Shown: one piece after another, positions 8,746 through 18,322 of the stretch
How positions within the stretch are numbered: the first letter of the stretch is position 1
Layout: the number at the start of each line of letters is the position of its first letter
Assembly: GCA_038214755.1 (NCBI GenBank)
Contig: JBBQRQ010000039.1
Span: 1-43,611 of the forward strand
Direction of reading: 5' to 3'
From: Verrucomicrobiota bacterium
GTDB lineage: Bacteria; Verrucomicrobiota; Verrucomicrobiia; Limisphaerales; CANJXF01
Length of the DNA stretch: 43,611 bases
The notes under the pieces: generated by a model
Databases searched by the model: none
The model's input: the letters and a program-made list of their open reading frames with translations, nothing else
Told to the model about the DNA's origin: nothing
Program-made: the position numbers and the translations under genes

Positions 8746-10569
8746 ATGGCGGCGAAACGAAAATCCGAAAAAGGCGCGCTCGAACTTCTTGAAGAAGCGG
8801 TTCATCTCCTGCGCCTCGCGCCGTTGCAAGTTTTGCTCTGCTACTACATCGGCGCGCTGCCTTTCGTTTTCGGCTTTTTATTTTTCTGGGCGGACATGAG
8901 CCGCAGCGCCTTCGCCGCCCAACATGTCGGACAGGCCGCGCTCGGTCTGGTTATTCTTTTTATCTGGATGAAAATCTGGCAGACAATTTTCGCCGATGGA
9001 TTGACCGCGCAAATCTCAGGGAAAATTCCCGCGCCCTGGACATTTCGCCTAATCCTCCGCGTGGTGTCGGCGCAAATCATTTTTCAGCCGTCCGGTTTTT
9101 TTATTCTGCCGCTCTCCCTTTTAATCGTTGTGCCCTTTGGCTGGGTCTTCGCCTTCTACCAAAACCTGACCATTCTCGCCGCCAATCAAAAAAATCCGTT
9201 GTTCAAAACCGCCGCGCAACAAGCCGGCTTTTTTCCCAACCAAAATCACGTCGGCCTTTTGATTCTCGGCGCGTTTGCTTTTTTCCTCTGGCTGAACATG
9301 GCCGTGCTTATTTTTATGGCGCCGGGTTTGATCAAAACTTTCTTGGGTATCGAAACCGTTTTCAGCCGCGCCGGAGGTTTCGCTCTGTTCAACACCACAT
9401 TTTTCGCCGCTTCCTTCGCCCTCACTTATCTCTGCGTTGATCCGCTCGTAAAAAGTTTTTATGCCCTGCGTTGTTTTTACGGCCAGGCCGTCGCGACCGG
9501 CGAAGATTTGAAAGTCGAATTGCGCGCGCGCGCGCAACTCAGCCGGAACAATGATGATAAAGAAAGATGGAAACCACAGATCGACACAGATAGACACAGA
9601 TGCCAAGGCGGGCAGGCGTTGGCTCGAATCTCACCGAATGATGGACTCAATCGGTTCTCCCTCCCCGGTCTTTTATCTGCGTTCATCTGGGTCCATCGGT
9701 GGTTCCCCTTTTTCTCCGCTGCGCGTTTCCGGCTCCGTCAGGTTGGGGTCGTCGCGGTCCTTTTGTTCTCAATTTTCTTGTGGAATAAAATTTTGTTCGC
9801 CGCCGATTCTCCTCCTCCGCCGCCCACCGTCGATGCCTCAAAACTTGACCGCTCCATCGAACGCGTTCTCCAGCAACCTGAATTCACCTGGCGTCTCCCG
9901 CGCGAGAAACCCGAAATTACCGCTAAAAAAAATTGGTTTATTCTTTTTCTTGAAAGCGTGATGGAAACTCTCGCCCGCGCCGCTCGCACCGTCCGCGATT
10001 GGATTCGTGACGCGCTGGAATGGCTGGCCAAATTTTTTCGCCAAAAAAAATCTCACGATGACAAATCAAGTTCTGGCTCCGGCTGGATGGTCGCTCTGCA
10101 ATGGACCGTGTTTGTTTTGATCGCGCTGATTGCCTCCGCCCTGGCTCTCCTCGTTTTTCGCATGTGGAAACGCCGCGCGAAAAGCAAAGTCGTCCTCGCC
10201 CAACCCGTCATCGCCACGTTGGATTTGAACGACGAAAATCTCGCCGCCAATCAATTGCCCGAAGACGGCTGGCTGAAACTGGCCCGCGAGTTGATGGATC
10301 GAGGCGAGTTGCGTCTGGCCCTGCGCGCGTTGTATCTCGCCGGTCTGGCGCATCTGGCCGCGCGCGAATTTGTCCGCCTCGCCAGTTTCAAATCCAATCG
10401 CGAATACGAACAGGAATTGCGCCGCCGCGCCCGCGCGCTTCCCGAATTACAAAATGCTTTCGGCCAAAACGTCACCACCTTCGACCGCGCCTGGTATGGG
10501 ATGCACGAGGTCACTCTGGAAATTTTGCGCGGCTTCCAATCTAATCTGGAAAGGATTCGCGCATGTTGA
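8746..10569 (+). CDS. DUF4129 domain membrane protein carrying an in-frame palindromic repeat insertion
   Basis: N-terminal TM bundle. C-terminal LARELMDRGELRLALRALYLAGL...KSNREY...FDRAWYG fits DUF4129. Operon context with DUF4350/MoxR/DUF58 supports this. Confidence 0.85.
   Translation: MAAKRKSEKGALELLEEAVHLLRLAPLQVLLCYYIGALPFVFGFLFFWADMSRSAFAAQHVGQAALGLVILFIWMKIWQTIFADGLTAQISGKIPAPWTFRLILRVVSAQIIFQPSGFFILPLSLLIVVPFGWVFAFYQNLTILAANQKNPLFKTAAQQAGFFPNQNHVGLLILGAFAFFLWLNMAVLIFMAPGLIKTFLGIETVFSRAGGFALFNTTFFAASFALTYLCVDPLVKSFYALRCFYGQAVATGEDLKVELRARAQLSRNNDDKERWKPQIDTDRHRCQGGQALARISPNDGLNRFSLPGLLSAFIWVHRWFPFFSAARFRLRQVGVVAVLLFSIFLWNKILFAADSPPPPPTVDASKLDRSIERVLQQPEFTWRLPREKPEITAKKNWFILFLESVMETLARAARTVRDWIRDALEWLAKFFRQKKSHDDKSSSGSGWMVALQWTVFVLIALIASALALLVFRMWKRRAKSKVVLAQPVIATLDLNDENLAANQLPEDGWLKLARELMDRGELRLALRALYLAGLAHLAAREFVRLASFKSNREYEQELRRRARALPELQNAFGQNVTTFDRAWYGMHEVTLEILRGFQSNLERIRAC
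9541..9734. mobile_element. MITE-like palindromic element inserted in frame in the DUF4129 gene
   Basis: Ends agccggaac / tttccggct. Inner aaccacagatcgacacagatagacacagat ... atctgcgttcatctgggtccatcggtggtt is a set of inverted ~10-bp subrepeats. Confidence 0.75.
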
Positions 10570-11834
10570 AGAACCGAAAAGTTCTGCTGCTGCTCCCGCT
10601 GATTTTCGCCGCGTTCATTTTTGGCCTGGTCAAATTGTTCGAACTGCGTTTCGCGCAAGGCGACGTTTATCCGCCCGCGTCCTCGCTCCGCGCCGATCCG
10701 CTGGGCGCGAAAGTTTTTTACGAGAGCTTGCGGCAATTGGACTCGTGCAACGTGACCCGACTTTACGAGCCGCTGAACAAAGTGGAGACCGGGCACCAAA
10801 CCACCCTGTTTGTTTTGGGCGCGAGCTTGTGGAATGTGAATTGGATTTCGCGCCGTGAGCTGAAAGAAATTGAAAACTTTCTGCATGACGGCGGGCGCAT
10901 CATCATTTCGTTCCAGCCCATCAACTCGAAAACCTGGCAGGCGCGCCACGAGGAGAAACGCGAACAAGCCGAGAAAAACGAAAAAGAAAAAAAGGAACAA
11001 AAAGCCCAAATCAAAAAGAAGAACAAAAAGAAAATCCCCCTCGATGATGAAAATTTTGAAATCGTTTCGCTCCCGGAGAAATGGCAGTTCGAGTTTGATT
11101 TTGTCGATTTGGAAACAGACGAGAAAGCCGTCGCGCAACCCGTGACGGTGGAGCGCGCGGCGGATTCCGATTCGCTTCCTGCGACTCTGGATTGGCACAC
11201 GGCGCTTTATTTCAAAGAGCCGACCAACAGTTGGAAAACGATTTATGCGCGCGACACGAACGCCGTGGTGCTGGAAAGAAAATTCGGAAAAGGCAGCGTC
11301 GTTCTCTCTTCCGATTCTTATTTGTTCAGCAACGAAGCCATGCGCAAAACGCGCGAACCGGAATTGCTCGCCTGGTTTGTGGGCGCGAACCAAAATGTGA
11401 TTTTCGACGAAACGCATCTCGGCGTGCGGGCGGATCCGGGCATCGCCGCGCTGGCCCGAAAATATCGTCTGCACGGTTTGGTCGCCGGGCTGTTTTTGCT
11501 GGCGGGCCTTTTTGTCTGGAAAAATTCAACGAGTTTCGTGCCGCCGGGCGACGACGATATTTTGGAAGGGCGCGACGCCGTTGTTTCTGGAAAAGAATCC
11601 GCCGCCGGTTTCGTCAATTTGCTGCGCCGCAGCATCGCGCCCTCGGAAATTCTTTCGACCTGTTTCGATGAATGGAAAAAATCCCGCGCTCATCCGCGAC
11701 AGAAAGCGAACCAGATGGCAGCGGTGGAATCGCTGGTGCGCGCCGAGAATTCCAAATCGCCGCGCGAACGAAATCCCGTCCTCGTTTATCGAAATATTTC
11801 AACCGTGCTGACCGAGCACCGCTCACCGAAATGA
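10563..11834 (+). CDS. DUF4350 domain membrane-anchored protein
   Basis: N-terminal TM, SSLRADPLGAKVFYESL, FLHDGGRIII, FGKGSVVLSSDSYLFSNEAM, VIFDETHLG and a second TM. Lies directly upstream of MoxR. Confidence 0.82.
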   Translation: MLKNRKVLLLLPLIFAAFIFGLVKLFELRFAQGDVYPPASSLRADPLGAKVFYESLRQLDSCNVTRLYEPLNKVETGHQTTLFVLGASLWNVNWISRRELKEIENFLHDGGRIIISFQPINSKTWQARHEEKREQAEKNEKEKKEQKAQIKKKNKKKIPLDDENFEIVSLPEKWQFEFDFVDLETDEKAVAQPVTVERAADSDSLPATLDWHTALYFKEPTNSWKTIYARDTNAVVLERKFGKGSVVLSSDSYLFSNEAMRKTREPELLAWFVGANQNVIFDETHLGVRADPGIAALARKYRLHGLVAGLFLLAGLFVWKNSTSFVPPGDDDILEGRDAVVSGKESAAGFVNLLRRSIAPSEILSTCFDEWKKSRAHPRQKANQMAAVESLVRAENSKSPRERNPVLVYRNISTVLTEHRSPK

Positions 11835-12230
11835 AACGCTCGCCCTCACCCCAGCCCTCTCCCCCGAGGAGAGGGAGAATTTTATTCAGCGCTGGACAGA
11901 GGAAGTATCTCGGACTCTTCAAGGTGCCTCCCGCTGTCTGCTCAACGCGAAAAAAAGAATTCCACCCGACGCTGGACAAGAATTACGCGTTTCGAAAATA
12001 CCGAAACGCTCGCCCTCACCCCAGCCCTCTCCCCCGAGGAGAGCGAGAATTTTATTCAGCGCTGGACGGAGATTGCGGTTCCGAAATACGGATGCACGAT
12101 CTTGTTGTTCCTTCGTCGCGGAAAAAAAATTTCACCCGACGCTGGACAAGGATCATGTATTTGGAAAATACCGAAACACCAATCCGGCTGTTCCCTCTCC
12201 CCGGGGGAGAGGGCTAGGGTGAGGGCGAGC
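11833..12230. repeat. CCCTCACCCC-family palindromic element with an internal 170-bp tandem duplication
   Basis: gaaacgctcgccctcaccccagccctctcccccgaggagag at 11833 and 12003. The closing inverted arm ccctctccccgggggagagggctagggtgagggcgagc is at ~12193-12230. Confidence 0.88.
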
Positions 12231-12270
12231 TTCTTCCAGCAAAATCCAAACTTAAAACCGCAGAAATCAA

Positions 12271-13236
12271 ATGAACCAAAATCTCGACCAACTCAAAGAC
12301 GTGCTGGCCCGCGCGCGCCACGAAGTCGCCAAAGTCATCATCGGCCAAACCGCCGTGGTGGACCGCGCGCTGATCGCCATTTTCACCAATCATCACGCGC
12401 TCGTCGAGGGTGTGCCGGGCGTTGCGAAAACGTTGCTCGTCCGCACCCTTGCGCATGTGCTCGGTTGCGAATTTTCGCGCATTCAATTCACACCGGACTT
12501 GATGCCGGCCGACATCACGGGCACGAACATTTTCAATCTGCAAAACAACTCGTTCACGTTGATCAAAGGCCCGGTCTTCACGTCGTTCTTGCTCGCCGAC
12601 GAAATCAATCGCGCGCCCGCGAAAACGCAATCGGCTTTGTTGCAGGCGATGCAGGAACGACAGGTCAGCATCGATCGCGAGACCCATTTGCTTTCGCCAA
12701 ACTTCACCGTGTTCGCCACGCAAAATCCGATTGAATATGAAGGCACGTATCCGTTGCCCGAAGCGCAGAAGGATCGCTTCATGTTGAAGATCACGATGAA
12801 TCCGCCGGAGCGCGACGAAGAATTGACGCTCGCGAAACGGATGCTCGGCAAGGATGCGCCCGAAGCGACGCTGGCGGCGGGCGCGGTGCAACAAGTCATC
12901 ACGGCGGAGGATCTGGCGGCGTGGCGCGAGGAATTGGAAAACATCACGGTGCGCGAAGAATTGCTGGCGTATCTGGTCGATATCGTGCGCGCCTCGCGCA
13001 AACACGAGAGCGTGCTGGTCGGCGCCGGGCCGCGCGCGACGCAATCGCTGCTGCTCGCCAGCCGCGCGTTCGCCGCGATGGCCGGGCGCGATTTTGTCAC
13101 GCCCGATGACATCAAAGCGCTGGCCGCGCCCGTGTTGGAACACCGTCTGATTTTGCGTCCGGAATTTGAAATCGAAGGCGTCACGGTGCTCGAAGTGATT
13201 CAAAAAATTTTGCAGGAAGTGGCCGTGCCGCGATGA
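12271..13236 (+). CDS. moxR: MoxR family AAA+ ATPase
   Basis: HALVEGVPGVAKT (Walker A), RIQFTPDLMPADITG, LLADEINRAPAKTQSALLQAMQE and ATQNPIEYEGTYPLPEAQKDRF. Confidence 0.96.
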   Translation: MNQNLDQLKDVLARARHEVAKVIIGQTAVVDRALIAIFTNHHALVEGVPGVAKTLLVRTLAHVLGCEFSRIQFTPDLMPADITGTNIFNLQNNSFTLIKGPVFTSFLLADEINRAPAKTQSALLQAMQERQVSIDRETHLLSPNFTVFATQNPIEYEGTYPLPEAQKDRFMLKITMNPPERDEELTLAKRMLGKDAPEATLAAGAVQQVITAEDLAAWREELENITVREELLAYLVDIVRASRKHESVLVGAGPRATQSLLLASRAFAAMAGRDFVTPDDIKALAAPVLEHRLILRPEFEIEGVTVLEVIQKILQEVAVPR

Positions 13237-13261
13237 GGGTTTTCGTGATGAACCGTTCAAA

Positions 13262-13461
13262 ACGTTCGCCCTCACCCCAGCCCTCTCCCCCGTGGAAAGG
13301 GAGAAATCGTTTCTGCGGTGGGAGAAATTGGAGATCGCGCGGTTGGCTCAACGTAATTTTACCTTATGCGGTAATCGTCCCCAGAAGCGCGATATTACTG
13401 AGCGGGGCGATATGCTATTCCCTCTCCGCGGAGGAGAGGGCCAGGGTGAGGGCGAGCGTTC
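13262..13461. repeat. CCCTCACCCC-family palindromic element
   Basis: acgttcgccctcaccccagccctctccccc ... ccctctccgcggaggagagggccagggtgagggcgagcgtt. Confidence 0.85.
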
Positions 13462-13474
13462 AAATCCATTTCAA

Positions 13475-14878
13475 ATGATCGTTCCGCGTTCCAGATTATT
13501 GTTTTGGGTGGCGATGATTGTTTTGCCATTCGCCACTCTGGCCGGCATTGCGCCCGGCTCCGTGCCGATTGCGCTCGTCATCATCGCGCTGTTTTTAGTG
13601 ATCGCGTTGCTCGACGCCGTTTTCGCTTCCGGCGGGTTGGACAAAATAAAAATTGAAGTGCCGAAAGTGGTGCGGCTTTCCAAAGACCGTCCGGGACAAA
13701 TCGAAATGCAAATCAACAATGAGCCGGGGCGGCAGAAACATCTCCGGCTCGCGCTCGCTTTGCCCGGGGAGTTTCATTCCTCGCAGGAAGACTTGAACGC
13801 GCTGCTGCCGGAGAAAACTCCGCTTTCCAAATTGAACTGGCCTTGCACGCCGCTCCAGCGCGGCAATTTCCTTTTGGAAAAATGTTTTCTGGAAAGCGCT
13901 TCCTCGTTTGGGTTCTGGTCCATTCGCGGCGCGGCCCAAGTGCAAAGCGAGATTCGCGTCTACCCCAACTTGTTGACGGAACGAAAAAGTGTCGCGGCGG
14001 TTTTTCTGAATCGGGGAAAGCTGGGGGCGCACGCGCAACGTCAGGTCGGCAAAGGCCGCGATTTTGAAAAGCTGCGCGAATATATTCCGGGCGACAGCTA
14101 TGACGACATTCATTGGAAAGCCACCGCCAAACGCGGCAAGCCGGTCACAAAAATTTTTCAAATCGAGCGGACGCAGGAAATCTACGTCATCATTGACGCC
14201 TCACGGTTGAGCGCGCGACGGGCGGTGGTTCAAAGTTCAAAGTTTAAGGTTCAAGGTTCAAACTCCACTCGGCCGGGCCATGAACTTGGAACTTTGAACG
14301 TTGAACCTGAAACTTCCATTCTCGAACGGTTCATCACTGCCGCGCTCGTGCTCGGTCTTGCCGCTGAACAGCAGAATGATTTGTTCGGCCTGATTACTTT
14401 CAGCGACAAAGTGCAAAAGTTCGTTCGCGCGAAAAATGGCAAGACGCATTTCTCCTCCTGCCGTGACGCGCTTTACACGTTGCAACCGCAAATCGTCACC
14501 CCGGACTTTGATGAGCTTTGCAGTTTCATTCGCCTCCGTTTGCGACGTCGCGCGCTGCTCGTTTTCCTCACCGCGCTCGACGATCCTGCGCTCGCCGAAA
14601 GTTTCGTGCGCAACATGGATTTAATTTGCCGCCAGCATTTGATTCTCGTGAACATGATGCAACCGCCGGGCGCTCAACCGGTTTTTTCCGAGCCGAACGT
14701 GACGTCGCTCAATGACGTTTACCAACAACTGGGCGGCCATGTTCTTTGGCACAATCTGCGCGAACTGGAAAAAGTTTTGCAGCATCGCGGCATCCGTTTT
14801 TCGCTCGTAAATAATGAGAAACTCAGCGCGGAACTCGTCACGCAATATCTGGGCGTCAAACGGAGGCAGTTGATTTAG
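13475..14878 (+). CDS. DUF58 domain protein (MoxR-associated, vWA-like)
   Basis: IRVYPN, GKGRDFEKLREYIPGDSYDDIHWKATAKRGK and IIDASR. Start set at MIVPRSR because the ORF-track extension is repeat sequence. Confidence 0.92.
   Translation: MIVPRSRLLFWVAMIVLPFATLAGIAPGSVPIALVIIALFLVIALLDAVFASGGLDKIKIEVPKVVRLSKDRPGQIEMQINNEPGRQKHLRLALALPGEFHSSQEDLNALLPEKTPLSKLNWPCTPLQRGNFLLEKCFLESASSFGFWSIRGAAQVQSEIRVYPNLLTERKSVAAVFLNRGKLGAHAQRQVGKGRDFEKLREYIPGDSYDDIHWKATAKRGKPVTKIFQIERTQEIYVIIDASRLSARRAVVQSSKFKVQGSNSTRPGHELGTLNVEPETSILERFITAALVLGLAAEQQNDLFGLITFSDKVQKFVRAKNGKTHFSSCRDALYTLQPQIVTPDFDELCSFIRLRLRRRALLVFLTALDDPALAESFVRNMDLICRQHLILVNMMQPPGAQPVFSEPNVTSLNDVYQQLGGHVLWHNLRELEKVLQHRGIRFSLVNNEKLSAELVTQYLGVKRRQLI
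14228..14313. repeat. Inverted 7-bp microrepeat (GTTCAAR)n...(YTTGAAC)n inserted in frame in DUF58
   Basis: gttcaaa gttcaaa gtttaag gttcaag gttcaaa - spacer - tgaac ttggaac tttgaac gttgaac ctgaaac, encoding VQSSKFKVQGSNSTRPGHELGTLNVEPET. Confidence 0.85.
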
Positions 14879-14960
14879 TGAGCAAGATTCAGCGAAACGA
14901 AACACTCTTCGTCTCCACAAAGAGAGGGAGAGAATTACGCAGCGCGGCAAAATATTCGCC

Positions 14961-15980
14961 ATGATCATCGACCTGCAAAAATTCGTTTCGACAGAGCGTC
15001 CAAACTGGAACGAACTGGAAAAAATTTTGGACCGCCTCGAAAATGATCCCGGCCACAAATTGAATTTGGAACAGCTAAAACGTTTTCATTATCTCTACGA
15101 ACGCGCCTCCGCCGCTCTCGGAAAAATGGTGACGTTCGCTTCCGAGCCGGAGATGCGCCGCTATTTGGAATCTCTCATCGCGCGCGCTTACGGCGAAATC
15201 CACGAGACGCGCGAGAAGCCGCATCGCTTGCGGCCGTTGCATTGGTTGATAAATACTTTTCCGCAAACCTTTCGCCGTCACCTCCGCGCTTTTTGGTTTT
15301 CCGTCGCCATCACGCTCGTCGGAATTTTGTTCGGCGGATTGGTCATCGCATTTGATCCCGAATCGAAATCCGTCCTCATGCCGTTTTCTAATTTGCAAGG
15401 CAGCCCGTCGGAGCGCGTGGCGCGGGAGGAAAAAGACGCGAACGACCGCCTCGCCAATCACAAGGCCACTTTCTCAACTTCCCTCATGACGCATAACACG
15501 AAGGTTTCCATTTTCACGATGGCGCTGGGAACGACCTGGGCCGTCGGGACAATCATCATGCTTTTTTACAACGGCGTCATCCTCGGCGCGATTTGCGTGG
15601 ACTACATTCTCGACGGGCAAACGAAATTTCTGGTGGGCTGGCTTTTGCCGCACGGCTCGTTTGAAATCCCGGCCATTCTCATTGCGGGTCAGGCCGGATT
15701 GATTTTGGGGCGCGCCTTCATCGGCTCCGGCCAACGGCTTTCGTTGAGGACGCGCCTGCGAAAGATTTCCGGCGATTTGACCACGCTGATTTTCGGCGTC
15801 GGCGTTTTGCTCATGTGGGCGGGAATCGTTGAATCCTTTTTCTCGCAATATCACGAACCCGTTTTGCCCTACTCCTTCAAAATTATTTTTGGACTGGTGG
15901 AATTGGCGTTGCTCACGCTTTTTCTGGCGAAAGCCGGGCGCGGCAAAAACTCCGAAACAAAATCCGATGTCGCGCGCTAA
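14961..15980 (+). CDS. Stage II sporulation protein M-like (DUF95) membrane protein
   Basis: N-terminal helical ERPNWNELE...YLESLIARAYGEIH, then THNTKVS, YNGVILG, LLPHGSFEIPAI and AGIVESF. Confidence 0.9.
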   Translation: MIIDLQKFVSTERPNWNELEKILDRLENDPGHKLNLEQLKRFHYLYERASAALGKMVTFASEPEMRRYLESLIARAYGEIHETREKPHRLRPLHWLINTFPQTFRRHLRAFWFSVAITLVGILFGGLVIAFDPESKSVLMPFSNLQGSPSERVAREEKDANDRLANHKATFSTSLMTHNTKVSIFTMALGTTWAVGTIIMLFYNGVILGAICVDYILDGQTKFLVGWLLPHGSFEIPAILIAGQAGLILGRAFIGSGQRLSLRTRLRKISGDLTTLIFGVGVLLMWAGIVESFFSQYHEPVLPYSFKIIFGLVELALLTLFLAKAGRGKNSETKSDVAR

Positions 15981-16006
15981 GGACCTTTCTGAAAATGCCG
16001 AGGCTT

Positions 16007-16083
16007 GTCGCCGCCGAGGTGACGAGGCGGATGTTTGGGCCAGAGAGGCGCGCGCGAATCCGCCTCCTCACGTCGGCGGCTAC
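16007..16083. repeat. GTAG-type REP pair (GTAGCCGCCGACGTGAGGAGGCGG family), copy 1
   Basis: gtcgccgccgaggtgacgaggcgga ... tccgcctcctcacgtcggcggctac. Confidence 0.85.
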
Positions 16084-16093
16084 CCTTTATCAA

Positions 16094-16858
16094 ATGCGCG
16101 CTAAGACCAACACGCTGCTGATTAAAACGCCGGAGGGCATCGCGTTCTCGATGCTGCTGGCCAGCCCGGTCACCCGCTTTCTTGCTTATGCAATTGATCT
16201 GGCGTGCGTGAGCGTGGCGACTTCTTTGCTCGGTGTCGGGATCGCATTTCTAAATTTCATCAGCGTCGATTTCGCGCGCGCGATTTCCATCCTCGTTTTT
16301 TTTGTCATGCAAATCGGCTATGGCATCGGCGCGGAATGGGCCTGGCGCGGGCAAACGGTGGGCAAACGGCTCCTGCGTCTGCGCGTCATGGATGCGCAGG
16401 GCTTGCGTCTGCAATTCAGCCAAATTGTCATGCGCAATCTGCTGCGCTTCGTCGATATGCTGCCCGCGTTTTATCTCGTCGGCGGAGTCACCGCTTTTCT
16501 CAACCGGCGCGGACAACGTCTCGGCGATCTGGCGGCGAACACCATTGTCATTCGCAACCCGAAATTGACCGAGCCAAATCTCGACCAATTACTCGGCGGA
16601 AAATTCAATTCGCTCCGCCAACATCCGCATCTGGAAGCGCGCCTGCGCCAGCGCGTTTCTCCCGCAGAAGCGACCATCGCGTTGCAAGCCATTTTGCGGC
16701 GGGAGGAGTTTGAGCCTGTCGCGCGCGTGGAACTTTTCGCGCAAATCGCTGACTACTTTCGTTCGCTCGTGGAATTTCCGCCGGAAGTCGTCGAAGGGAT
16801 TACCGACGAACAATATCTTCGAAACGTGGTCGATGTTTTGTTTCGGCAAAAGCGGTGA
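16094..16858 (+). CDS. RDD family protein
   Basis: IKTPEGIAF, ASPVTRFLAYAID, GQTVGKRLLRLRV, RNLLRFVD and QRLGDLAANTIV. Confidence 0.9.
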   Translation: MRAKTNTLLIKTPEGIAFSMLLASPVTRFLAYAIDLACVSVATSLLGVGIAFLNFISVDFARAISILVFFVMQIGYGIGAEWAWRGQTVGKRLLRLRVMDAQGLRLQFSQIVMRNLLRFVDMLPAFYLVGGVTAFLNRRGQRLGDLAANTIVIRNPKLTEPNLDQLLGGKFNSLRQHPHLEARLRQRVSPAEATIALQAILRREEFEPVARVELFAQIADYFRSLVEFPPEVVEGITDEQYLRNVVDVLFRQKR

Positions 16859-16911
16859 GCGCGTTTTGGTTTTTCTTCGCCAGCGAATTCAGGCGCCTCA
16901 TGAACCTGCCT

Positions 16912-16982
16912 GTAGCCGCCGACGTGAGGAGGCGGAAACTCGCGTGCCCGGCCCAAGTCCGCCCCCTCACGTCGGCGGCTAC
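16912..16982. repeat. GTAG-type REP pair, copy 2 (inside a larger catgaacc...ggttcagg element)
   Basis: gtagccgccgacgtgaggaggcgga ... tccgccccctcacgtcggcggctac. Confidence 0.88.
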
Positions 16983-17177
16983 GGTTCAGGAGTTCAATGC
17001 TCGACAAAAAATTTTCGGGGAAATCTCACTCTGGGCCCCACAGCACGCGGCCCAAAAGTATCACCGGCTTTTCCTCATGGATTTTTTCGGCGCGCGGCCT
17101 GATGGTTTTGCGGCGTAAAGGTTCCTTTTATTTCACCCGAACCGAAAATGACCTCGACGCGGGAACCAGGAAAATTT

Positions 17178-18287
17178 ATGAAGACTGCAAAAAAAATCCG
17201 TTACGCGCTCGTTGGTCTCGGTCACATCGCGCAGGACGCCGTCTTGCCTGCCTTTAAAAACGGGGCGGGAAATTCCCAGCTCGCTGCCTTCGTTTCGGAC
17301 GATCCCACCAAACATAGAAAGCTCGGCAAAAAATACAACGTCGAGGGGCATTATTCCTACGAGCGTTTTGACGAATGTTTGAACAGCGGCGAGATCGATG
17401 CGGTTTACATCGCGTTGCCCAATTCGATGCATCGCGAATATGCGGTGCGCGCGGCCAGAGCGGGGGTGCATGTGCTGTGTGAAAAACCGCTGGCCGTCAC
17501 CGCCAAAGATTGCCGTGAGATCATTCGCGTCTGCGCCGAACACCGTGTGAAATTGATGACCGCCTATCGCTTGCATTTTGAGAAAACGAATTTGGAAGCG
17601 ATCCAACTTTTGCGCGAAGGAAAAATCGGCGAGCCGCAAATTTTCAATTCGCTTTTTTCCTTTCAGGTTCGCGCGGGAGGAATCCGCACGCGCCGCGCGA
17701 CCGGAGGCGGGACGCTTTATGACATCGGCGTCTATTGCATCAATGCAGCGCGCTATCTTTTTCGCGATGAACCGACAGAGGTTTTTGCGTCCAGCATTCG
17801 CGGACTGGACGCGCGCTCGAAAGAAGTCGATGCCATTACCAGCGCCATTTTGCGCTTTCCGAAAAATCGCGTCGCCACTTTTACGACGAGTTTCGCTTCG
17901 TCCGACATGGCGAGCTACACCGTCCTTGGAACGAAAGGAAATTTGAAAGTCGATGCGGCTTACGAATATTCGGAAGGAATGGAAATGCAATGGACGGTCG
18001 AGGGAAAAACCACGAAGCGCGAGACGGCGAAACGCGATCAGTTCGGTCCCGAAATAATTTATTTTTCCGACTGCATTTTGAAGAACAAATCGCCCGAACC
18101 ATCGGGAATGGAAGGTTTGATCGATGTGCAAATCGTGGAAGCTCTCTACAAATCAGCGCGGACAAATCGCATAGTGAAAATTTCTCCGCCGGATAAACGA
18201 CGACGTCCTTTGCCGAAACAGGAAATTCGGCGTCGCCCGGTGGAAAAACCCGAACTGGTTAAAACGAAAGCTCCGTATCGGGAATAG
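17178..18287 (+). CDS. Gfo/Idh/MocA family oxidoreductase (glucose-fructose oxidoreductase-like)
   Basis: IRYALVGLGHIA, IDAVYIALPNSMH, HVLCEKPLA, AYRLHFE and GGGTLYDIGVYC. Confidence 0.93.
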   Translation: MKTAKKIRYALVGLGHIAQDAVLPAFKNGAGNSQLAAFVSDDPTKHRKLGKKYNVEGHYSYERFDECLNSGEIDAVYIALPNSMHREYAVRAARAGVHVLCEKPLAVTAKDCREIIRVCAEHRVKLMTAYRLHFEKTNLEAIQLLREGKIGEPQIFNSLFSFQVRAGGIRTRRATGGGTLYDIGVYCINAARYLFRDEPTEVFASSIRGLDARSKEVDAITSAILRFPKNRVATFTTSFASSDMASYTVLGTKGNLKVDAAYEYSEGMEMQWTVEGKTTKRETAKRDQFGPEIIYFSDCILKNKSPEPSGMEGLIDVQIVEALYKSARTNRIVKISPPDKRRRPLPKQEIRRRPVEKPELVKTKAPYRE

Positions 18288-18322
18288 GACAGAACGCAGC
18301 CTTTCGTGGGCACAGCAATTTT

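Noticed and set aside
11833..12230. CRISPR array, or coding ORFs 11672..12217 and 12102..12734
   Set aside because: There are only two 170-bp units with related interiors and no cas genes. The PSPQPSPP/PHPSPLP peptides are translations of the repeat.
10251..13275. Long antisense ORFs (10251..11474, 12214..13275; likewise 17133..18131, 19554..20486, 22074..22937, 42164..43018)
   Set aside because: They are shadows of well-supported genes on the opposite strand in GC-rich DNA, with no recognisable motifs.
14961..15980. Sporulation function implied by the SpoIIM name
   Set aside because: The family is widespread in non-sporulating bacteria within MoxR operons, and no other sporulation genes are present here.
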